NCBI GenBank assembly: GCA_051294375.1
Contig: CM119265.1
Location: 14,856,963 to 14,920,962, forward strand
Reading direction: 5' to 3'
DNA length: 64,000 bases
Source: Paraspadella gotoi
Lineage: Eukaryota; Animalia; Chaetognatha
Shown: piece after piece, positions 40,889-52,000 of the stretch
Position numbering within the stretch: the stretch's first letter is position 1
How the letters are laid out: every line of letters starts with the position of its first letter
The notes under the pieces: generated by a model
What the model saw: only the letters and a program-made list of their open reading frames with translations
Database searches by the model: none
What the model was told of the DNA's origin: nothing
Made by a program: the position numbers and the translations under genes

Positions 40889-42954
40889 CATTGGGGAAAA
40901 ACCGAGGGCCAGGAAATCCGCTTTCGTCGAAAACGTTGTTTGTCTGACCCAGAAAACGAGAAAGCGAAGCGTTGAATATTTTGGACGACGACAACAAAGG
41001 AAGACGGAAAAGAAGCGACACGACTATCCCAGAGAATGGGAAATATATGCAAAAGTCAGAGGGGGGGGGAAGGATGGAGGAAGAGAAAAGTAACTGCGGG
41101 AGGAAAGAAGGACACTGCGAGGAGTGGACCGAAGAGAATAAGACAGAATGCGTAGGGGATAAACATAGAAGCCTTACCATACAACCTAGGGCATTACAGC
41201 ATCAACAATAATCATTCAAAACGGAAGAGACGGACAAAGGATTGTCAAGCTTTGTACGGCCCCATCGACCAGGGAGAAAGAAAAGCTTTGCAGCGCCTTT
41301 CTAGGGAAATTTCGGAATAGTTCCATTTCCCAAATAAAACATGTTAGCCTCGAAGACACTCGCAGTTGGGAGAGAGGGATCGCGAGAACGGAGGGTCGTC
41401 GGCGCACGAGCGAGCCACCATCCCATTTCCCTGCCCCCCCCCCGCAAAAAAAAAAAAAAAAATAAAACAGAGAGGGGGGTTCGGTGGAACAGAGTCGTTG
41501 AGCGGTGGGTCGAGCTCGAGCAGCGGGTCAGGGAGGGCTGGGTGCAGCGGAAGTGACAAACGGTGGCGCGGAGACTCGCAAATCTTCGCGAAGCCTCGGG
41601 AAAGTCGGTCGACGGATGACAAACAAAAATCATAACAATAAAAGCGTCGTCTTCGTCGGCGCCGCCAAGACCCGCGAGGGAGCCGAGGAGAGCGAACGAG
41701 AGACCAAAGGACAAAAGATACCGGAAGTCGAGGGGCGAGGAAACGAGGCGGAATGGAGGAAGGAGAAAAAAAAAGGAGAAATGAAGGAAGGAAGAGAGTA
41801 AGAGTAGAAAGAAAAAAGGAGAATGGGATAAGCCGCAAGGAAAAATATTTAAAAAATGTAAAGATTACCTTAATTTTTTTGATTGACTTGGCTATGGATT
41901 CGTTTTCTTGGAGATTGTTTATCAATGTTGATCCTAGGTAAAAGGCGTTGTAATCGCACGACCTCTGCAGGTTTAAATACAGGAATATCATGTCAGGCGA
42001 TTCTTTCAAAAGGTGACCGAGTATCGATGACAGTTTTTTAAATATACTACATACCAAATTGAGTGAGTTACTTTATCGCTAAATCTTTAAAATAACTGCG
42101 TTCAGCATTTATCGGTTTAACTTGAAGCGAACCTTGAGCAATTTTTCGGGGCGTGCACCATCGCTGAATTTGGGCGCTTGAGCACTGGCGTTTTGAGTTT
42201 CGTGAGGCGCTCGAATTTGAATTTCATTTATCGAAGGGTTCTTTGAGAAGAAAGGTGTGAATAAAAGTTACCAGTTGTATGTTAAAAACCGTATTTAGTT
42301 GTGACTAACACCCAAAAAAATACCTTTTTGTTTTTCCGGAAGCTGGAAGTAATCTTGTCCGTTTTATCGTTGGCAGATTTTTTCCTCTTCTCGTCGATTT
42401 TCTCGGATTCGTCACTAGTCGTTGGGGAAGAGAGAGAAAAAACCTTCTTCCGGAAAGTCGGGACCACTGGGGGGGAAGAAGGGGGAAAGAAACGAGACTT
42501 AACTTAAGTCTTAAGCGTAATGATAATCGGGATACAAAATCCCTTTTTATCAATAATTAGAATAATATGATGACCTTTAAAACTTTTAAACAAGTAGGGG
42601 GCCAGCTCATTTTTGAGCTCTATCTTAATTCTTAAATTTCACTTTAATATCTTCCAAACTTAATTCTCCCTTTCCTTTCACATTTCAATTTCACTGTTTC
42701 ATACTCAATTATTTATTAAGTAGTTTATTGTTAAAATATTTATTTCACTGTTAGTTTAAATCATTTATCTTTGTTGTACATTGCACAATGTATTGTTTCT
42801 AATGTTTCTTTTTTTTTTCTCTCTCTCTCTCAAAAAATTTTCACCACTTAATTTCTTTTCACAATCTAGCTCAATCTGTGTTCACCTTAACCTGTCCTCA
42901 CATCTGACCACTATTCTTTTCTCAACTCTGTGTTAGAAACTTTGCCTCTCTCTG

Positions 42955-43007
<53 letters not shown>

Positions 43008-46000
43008 TTTTCCTTTGCACAAATAATTTGTAAAATTCACAAACAATTTTCTATGGCGCTGAAGAAGGCTTGTTATTTAAAGCCGAAACATGTACGTCCC
43101 TATGTACCAATAAAATCGTTGTTGTAAACAAATTCAAACTTCTTCTACTAACAAGTAAAACAAAACAGACGTCCTCGAACCCACATGTAGATAGGTCTCT
43201 CCTCCTCGTTTAAAATAGCCATCGAGGGCTCGCGGACCAAAGGGATGCTCTTTTGTTTTCCCTCGAATCTGGAGATGTTTGCGTCGAGCGGCGGAAAGGC
43301 CGAGGTTGGTGGATCTTGCGACATCTGTGCGACGGCAAAAAGGTTAATATCCTTGTTTTAATAAAGCCACCCAAATCAAAGACAATCTTCAGCGCCCAAG
43401 ACTCGCCTCAAACTTTCTCAGCTCGCGAGAGATATCTTCCAAAGCCCTCTGATTGTCCACCAGTTCGGCGTGGACCATCTGGGCTCGACCGGCGTGGGCA
43501 TGACCGCGGTATAGCGCCGCCATTTTCTCCAGAGCTAGGCGCTCCTCGGCGCGGCGTTTTTGGTTGAGGATCAGCAGGTTTCGTTCAAAAATTTCGCGGT
43601 CATCGGAGAACTTACGCGGGAAACAGTCTTCGAACTAAAAGGAGGAAAATAACGACGATGTTCACTTTATCGGAAGTTCAAAGTGCCACATGAGGGGTTC
43701 AGTTCCTTCGGCCGAACAACTCACCCCTAAACTGTCGGAGGATGCGTTGGACGAGGGGTTGGAAGGTCGCGGATTCCGCCGGTTCACCGATTGAGTTATA
43801 CGACGCCGATGTCCGACCAGCGATACGCCGATCTGAAAAAAAAAAAACGATAATACTAGAATTAAATAAGAAGCATTTAATTATCAACGAGATAAAAAGT
43901 TGAAAAAAAAAGAGTTTTCAATAGGCATCACTATAAACTAAACCAAACCAAACGGTTGGTTGTCCCTCCTCTTCCTCCTTTTACTTTTTCCTCCGAGCTC
44001 CTTTGTTGCACCGAAGGGCGGGGATCTCACCTGCCCATTTTTCAGGGTCATTACCTCACAGTGAGTCATCAGTAACATCCGCTTCCATCAAGTTCCTACT
44101 GGCCAACGAGGAGCGATAAGTCTCAGTCAACTTCGCCGAAGATAAGTAGAGAACGAAAGGGGCTGAGAAGAGAGGCACTCTTCATTGTATATAGATGGCA
44201 TCGCCACGCGTTCTATACTGGCAGTTGGAGGGGGAGAATTTCCGCGTTGCATCGGAAACATCGTAAATCATCACGAAAACAATTATTACCGAGTCGTAAT
44301 TAATTTGCGTAGACGATAGTCATGCGGCAGTACCAATGTAGAAGATAACTATTTCGTGAGAGAAATATATGAAAACCAAGCAAATGTAAGCGTTTATACA
44401 TAAAATGAGACAAAAAAAATTTTCTATCATCAAAGACGGATTGGTGGTCAGAAAGAACGCCTTCCCTCAATCCACCTCAGGTACCATAAAGGGAAGGAAA
44501 AAGTCGGCGCTCCGTTAATTTCCCCAAGGGTTCAGGTCTAGCAACTGCAGCGCCGCAGGGTGCGCCGGCGCTGGGCGTGTGCGCGAGGCAGTTTAGGCGC
44601 GGGGAAGACGCGGACGAAGCGGGCACGCGTTGACTCAAAACCAAAACGCCCATGGTCACGGTTCAGCACTTTCTAGAGAGCCAGAAACGTCCTCTTTCGA
44701 GAATAAACAGAAAAATCAAGGAGAAAATCTAAAACGGTCATCAAAAAGTTTGGAGCTCATGACAGCTAATGAGCGTTATAGAAAAAAAAAGGAGACATTT
44801 TATCTGACCCTGGCGGCTAAAGTAACATCGAGAAATTATTAACCAAGAAAAATTCAAAAGAAAACAATCCGTCCAAAAAAAAAAAATTCGCCCAATCGAA
44901 GATGGTGAAAGGAAACGAAGAGTGGGTCAAAATCATGGCCCTCTCATTGACCAGAGGCCGGGGCGCTGACGAGCGTCAGAGACGCAGTCTAGCGGAGAAA
45001 GGAGATAAACCACGAAGGGGGAACTACGCAGTGAATGAACCTGACATGGACGATAGCGAGAAAAGTGGGGCTTTGGGCGTGGTGGATCGATAGAGGGGCG
45101 CGGGTGTTAGTGCGCAAGAGGGATTGAAGAGAGTGACTTAAAATACTCACTCATACTTAAAAGTTAAATAGTCACTCGGGAATAAAAAGCGCCAAAAATT
45201 ATATTCGGTATTCCTATTTTTTTGAACTAAATTTTACATTTATAAATTCACGAAAGTTCGGATAAAATAGCAAATCTAATAGGAAAATAGTTTTTCTTTT
45301 TTCTACTTTTTCTTCATCACAGCCACACCCACCCGTCGGTTAGATGGCACGCTGGTCTCTCTTTTTCTCATCACCCTCTTTTCCTCCTCGTCCCTTGCCT
45401 TTCACGTGGGCGAGCGGGCAGAAGAAACCTTGAAAGAGGAAACTAGGAGCCATCTTTCCACTATCTGCCGCCTTGCCTTTAACCAGCGGTCACTCATTTG
45501 TTACAATGCATTTTTCTCTCCCTTCTCTCCCTTTTCTTCCTCCGAGCCGCGATTCGCTCCATCCAACGACCTTGAAAAGTAAAAGATGCCAAAGAACTAA
45601 TAATAATATTACTTTCACTAATAATATCACTATTACTAATACTTCTATTACTAATATAGTTCTCTCTTTATTTTTTCACTTCCTTTCTAACATTATACCG
45701 GAAAAAATACTAGAACTTGAAGTTCTAACTTTAAACTGTACATGCTCCTGCGAAACTCTGGAAAAGCCTCAAAAGAGTTTAACAAAAAACCCTAGCGGCT
45801 ATCACTCGCTCTCGTCGCCACCACTTTCCCGATGCCCAATCAATGGCCGTTGGGCCAAAAGGCGAGAAAGGTTTTGAAGATGGGAGGAGCGAGTCGCGAC
45901 GACCCGAGGTCTTCACCAAGGTGAAGCGGCTCAAAATGGCGGAAGTGATCTCCTTCTCCTTGATTGGTTTTTCTCGCGCCACAAGCAAATGAGTTTCCAC

Positions 46001-49000
46001 GCTCATCCAGAAACCGCACCACATTTTTCCCCTCTTCGAGGAAAGTTTTTTTTTAACCTGCCATGTCCGAGGTCGGTTGACAGTTTTTACTACAAATTAA
46101 CGCGTAATATTTCATTAAAACCGGACCGGGAAATGGGGGGGGGGTAAAAAGATTGCACTCGTAAGACTAATTTAAGAACTAGCCTATGCCTAGGGTTCGA
46201 GAAATCTCCCTCAATTCATTATTCAGATTCCTTTTTCATTCCCCTCTCTCCCCGACGTAGCACCCATTTCTTTCTCTCGTCCTTCCACTCAAGAAGCGTC
46301 CTCAGTTGAACAGAAGCCATTTGCTGACAGTCGAATAACCAGCGACCATCGTTTCTCTCTCTTGACTGAACGCCTGAGTTCGTGAGAGCGCGCTGCGTAT
46401 CATTTGCTAGTGAAGCATGCTTTTATTCCTATATTTTTTTAATATTAAATAAAACTTAAAATGGTAATACGTTAAATTACCACAGTATTTATTTTATTTG
46501 AAGTAAATTAAATCAAAGAGCACAATATCTAGAAGGCGAATTAAATATACTATAAAAATTTTCACTGCACAAAAAATATAATGACGAAAAAACTAAAAAT
46601 AACTAAATACTAACTATAATGTATAAGGAACAAATAAATAGCGTGTGACGTGCTTGAGTGTCGGTATGAAATATATGTACAAAACGTGCAGGAACCATCT
46701 TAAAATTAATAAGTATCTGAATCGCTTTAATTAACAGAACCGAGAAATATACGAAATTTACCGAATTTATTTCCTTATTACATGACTGCATGTGGTAACG
46801 AGCATACACAAACTTGAAACATATGCAAAAAATGAATTATTATCACTTTCTGATTAGATAACCAAATTTCCAGGTGATCTTGAAACTGCACAGCTATGAA
46901 ACACATATCCATCAATATGACGAAGTATCCCCGGAGATACAATAATTTAAATTATGTAAAAGAGAGAGAGACAATCGAACTGACTGGAAAGTGGCCGAGG
47001 AGTTAGGGGTTGATCCGCGAGTACTTGGGCGCTATTAATAATGCTAGTAACGTTACCATAAAATCAATGATATCTGTGATTTTATACTCCTCCAAAAATC
47101 ATTAAAAATTTACGTCGTCAGATTAATTTTAGTTAATTTTACTTAATTTAAGTTTATTACGATTTAATAATAGTCTTTTCTTCTGAGGATTTCCCTCGCT
47201 GGATCGATGTCAGTGTAAAACAGGATTTGAATTTTGTCGATCTTCTTTCGCCCTTTTTTATTTTTACAAAAAATCCTAAATAATTTTTCAAACTTTGCTA
47301 TGGAGTATTTTATTTTAAAAATCCCTGCTTCCAAATATTATCCTTTGATAATAATGATGAATTACTTTAATAATATTTTTAAAAACTTGAAAATACATAC
47401 AGAATGATTTTAAAGACTGATAATGTGACTTTTTATGTTTTTTTGTTTTTTTTACTGGACAACTATAAATAGAACTTAACACTAGTCACTACTTGATTGC
47501 AAATCGTCTGAAATTCGATAAAACAGCATTTCCCAGAAATCTTACTTCTCGTAAATCTACATTCAAATAAAAGGGACCGTCAATCTAAATTCGTCATTTT
47601 TCGCGCACGAATATACGAGACGGCAAAAATGAAATACTTAGCGATAGTGGCTTTCGGCGGAGCGGTTCTCCTCGTAGACAATCTATCACTCATCCACAAA
47701 TGCTGTCGTTGGCGGAAGGAAGCGTCCCGAGAATTCTGGAGAGCCTCGCACACTCCACCGCCCATTGGCTACGATGGTCCGCTTTTTCGCCCGCGTTTAG
47801 ATTTCGCCGTGGCCGATAAAAGGTCATCCGAAAACGATCTCGTCTCCACAGCGTCCAAGAGCTCGCTGGAAGGTTCATGGAAGGAGGTCGACTTCAGAAA
47901 AACACCCGAAGAATATGTCCGCCGCGTTTTACGTTATTGTTTGCAAGGCAATGTCGACGTTGACTTCGACATGAGCAAAAAAAACAGCAACATCTGGTAA
48001 GTAGCCTTAAGACTTGATATAAATCTATGTAAGCAATCAGCAAAATTACGAAATAGGTTTCACGCCCCTTGGATGTCTTACTGGAAAACCGGTCGCGAAC
48101 CTGTTCATGGTATGACGTTCGAAAGACCAGCGTCGGTTGGATATCTAGCAGAGGAACAAAAGAGAGTTTGTCAGGTCGGCTAATATTTAATGTAAACCAT
48201 AAAATACTGCTAAAAACATCTCATTCTTTGTAATAATACTAATAATATTAGTAATATACACCTTTTCTGGGGTTTGTTATAGGTTTGGGCTGTGGCATAT
48301 TATAATCACCTTGGGGCGAGGGAATTTTCAAAAGTTTGGCGTGACCCCTCGACTCCTAACTTGGAAAAACCAATACAATTCCCAGAAGACACGGTTGTCT
48401 TCAAACTCCTTTACAGTGACGCCTCAGGTAAAGGTTTTGAACACCTCGTCGGTATAACATTGTAATAACTTCGGACGTCTGTGCGGAACAGAAAGAGAAG
48501 TACCGTACTTGCGAGGCAGCCATGAATGGGAAGCCTTCATCGCCATCGACCCGAAAAACCCAGCGCAAAGAAAGGATCATACTTCCAAGCTGAAGTTGTT
48601 GCAGATCGACTTGGCCGTAAAAGACAAGAGGTAGAAACTTGAAGCAAGATAAAATAAACGATCTGACAATCCTTCGAAATATCAGGTCTCAAATCGGGTG
48701 GGTGTTTGGCACATTTATGTATCACTGCAATGCCCCTTCGACTATGTCAGTGAAGGAGGGACATCTGAAGAATCTCGTTCCAGTCTGCGTTCAGTGGGGC
48801 AACGATCCCACGTTTTTGGGGAAAAAAACCAACGACTCTTCGTTGAAGGAAACTTGGAATAATCAGCTGTTGGATAATTTAGGTTGAGACATAAAACACT
48901 TGAAACTAATTAATTGAATTATTATGATAATCACTTATGACGCATTAACCACGGCCATTATTTTAATATTCCGCCGCTTTAGCACCTCCCGCAAAACCAA

Positions 49001-52000
49001 AAACGCGAACTTACTGGGGATTTCATGGCAGAGCAAACGGACCGGCTGATAACTTCAAATCCAGTTGCGCAAGCTGTCATTCTACGGCATCAATGCCAAT
49101 AGGTAAATAAAAATGTATATATTTAAAAAATCCAAATAAACTATTATAAACTATTATCAGGACAAAACTTGTCCACCCCGTCTTATATTCCGCCGTCCGA
49201 CGCGGACGAAAAAACCAAAATGTTTTGGTTTCGAAACCTTAACAAGGGAGAAAGATTTCGGAGTGATATGGGAGAATCTCTCGACTACTCGTTACAGATG
49301 CAAAATGGCTTAGCTTCATTCCATCATTGGAAACGAAAAACAAAACCCAAAAACTTGTTGAGAAAGGTAATTGAACTTTGTTGTTGATTAAATAATAGGT
49401 TTGACATTTAATTACGAAAAATATTAACACTTTGTATTATGACACAAGATTGGTCAACTTCGATTTTTTTTATGTTTATTTTTTTATATACTATCTAGAA
49501 AAAAGTATATAACATAATTCATTTATTCAATAAAAAGTATACAAAACATAAGTAAAACATTCTTATTATTTGGTATGCCCTTCCTGCATCGACTACTGCC
49601 TGCATTTGTCTGGGCATGCTCTCATACAAACAAATTGAGGTATGACAGTGAAATGTTTTTCCACATCTTAAACACAATTCTTTTCAGACCCGATGTTGAT
49701 ATTGCATATCTTTCCCTCGTTTTTAAAAGGTATAATAGCACTTTTTTAAACCAAAAAGAGGTACAAAGCCTTTAGTATTGCCAAATTAAAAAATTTTTTT
49801 AAAAATAAATAACTATTCAAAATAAAACAAATAATTATTTATCAAAAATATTAGAAAACTAAATTTTTTTTTTTGTTACCATTTTCATTTGAATTAACAA
49901 TATTTTTTAGCCTGTAATTTTAAACGATTTGACATACAAAAAAATAGAAGGAAGCTACTGAAAGAAAATTCAATGTAGATCCGGAAATTTTTTTTTTTTT
50001 TTAAATCAAACAAGCTTTCGAATAAATATCTTTATTAAAAATGTTATATACTTTTTTCCTAGATAGTATATATATTTTGTATGTTCATTTGCTCTGTACT
50101 TGCGTTTTTGTATTACGCCTCAAAGTGCCAGTTTCTACAAATCTAGTCAATTATTGTGAGCTTATTTTGATAATTCATTGGCTTTATTAATACATAAATG
50201 TCGACTGTCTTTAAAATTTAGCTTCCGATGTCCAGTGTTCTTTTGTTGATTGGCTGTGACTTCTTTTATTGGACGTTACTATCTATGTAACACAAAAAGG
50301 CTTCAAAGTTGTTTTTTTTTAAATTTGATTAAATGTTCCTTATAAAATAATAAAATATAAAATAATGTTCCTTATAAATAATGTTCCTTATAAAATTTGC
50401 TGATTTGCAACAAAATCTATTTAGTATTTTGTAAATTTACAAAGCGCAAATTAAATTACAAAGGAACCTCTTTCCTCCCAGACAAAATTCCGCGAGGCCG
50501 AAGAAGATGAAAATAAGAAGGAAGAGGATTTAGGAGGAAGAGGATGAGTCATGAGATGGCATGGATGATTCCAAGGAGGATGATGCGAGCAGCAAGGTTC
50601 CACGATTACGGAAGGAAGGAAAGACGACTAGCGTCCTCTTTCCTCAACAAAAAATCAGTGTAGTCAAAACCGAGAAACAAAAGTCGACACAGTTAATAGC
50701 GAGGAATTGTCAAAAATATAGTAATGGACACCGCTTTCCTGCGTTGGCGATGATAGAAAAAACAACACTGGTAATTATAGAACCACTGACTTATATTTAG
50801 CGCATTTTGCTTTATCTCTGCATTATTAGCACAATCCGCTCTTGTTAAGCAATTCCCTGGAAACGGTCTGCTTGAGAACGCGTCGAGTCTCGTTGCCGTA
50901 ATTTCCGCCCTGCGTACACACGTGCAATCCAGGCACGTGGCCTCCATAACCGGGAATTTGGCCTCGTTTCTTATCATAGATTACGCGACGTCCGATGTCG
51001 ATCTTCGCTGAGGGACACTTACTCGCCTGCGGATTACGCGGTGTGGCGGAGTGTCAAGCATTTCTGTTTTCCCGTTTAACTAACCCCGAACGCTTACTTC
51101 TTGGCATTCGTCTTTTTTCTTATCCAAGTTCTCTTTGCCTTTCTTCTTATCTTCCGGACTGCAATCGCACTTGTCACCCTTCTTATGGGGACAAGTGTCC
51201 TCGCCATCCTGCGCTTTCAGCTCAGCCTCCATCATGGCGCGGAGCTCTTTATTTCGATCAGAGTCGCATCGATATCTATCGTCCAACATAGAAGCGGTTA
51301 GGCAAAAAAAAAAAACCAAAAAAAAACAAACATCGGGCTAACCCGATGGGTAAGCTAGACATGGCCCCCGTGTTCTCGTTGAGGCCCTCCCGAAGACATT
51401 TTTCGTAAGCCTTGTCGGGCTGCAGCCAACCAGGCGCCCGCTTAACGTCTGCTTTGGTCACTTCGCAGGGATCGAAATTGAGGTACTTCTCGCGACACAT
51501 GGCCTCCAAGCACCGACGCTTGTCCAGGAAGTCCGACATTCTTAAGATGAATAAATTGGGGTCATCAGTTCCCCCACAATTGAAGCAGGTAGTGAAAGTT
51601 ACATACGAAAATTCTAAAAGTCAATTATGAACAACATACCATCAGTGAACATTAATTTGTAAAAAAAATTAATTTTATGCTTTTTAATTTTCGCAGTAGG
51701 CTATATTTATATATAGTACTATCCTTATAAAATCGTAAAATTTCAAAATAGGCTTTTCTTAATTTTGATTGCAGATTTGAATTCCTCGTCAAAAGTTGAT
51801 AAAAGAAAATATAAATCATTTTTAAAAATTCTTTCATTAAGTGGGTTAAAAATTGAAAAAACTATATTTAATATATAAAAAGTTAATTTTCAGCTTAAAA
51901 TATAGCTTTTTCTAATTTTTGACCCACTTAATGAAGGAATTTTTTAAAAAGAGTTATATTTCTTTGTATCAACTTTTTATTGACGAATCCAAATCAGCAA

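Noticed and set aside
47629-49387. Bacterial contamination as the source of the CxxCH gene
   Set aside because: It has six spliceosomal introns of host-typical size and lies in gap-free sequence between two halves of a metazoan SAM domain.
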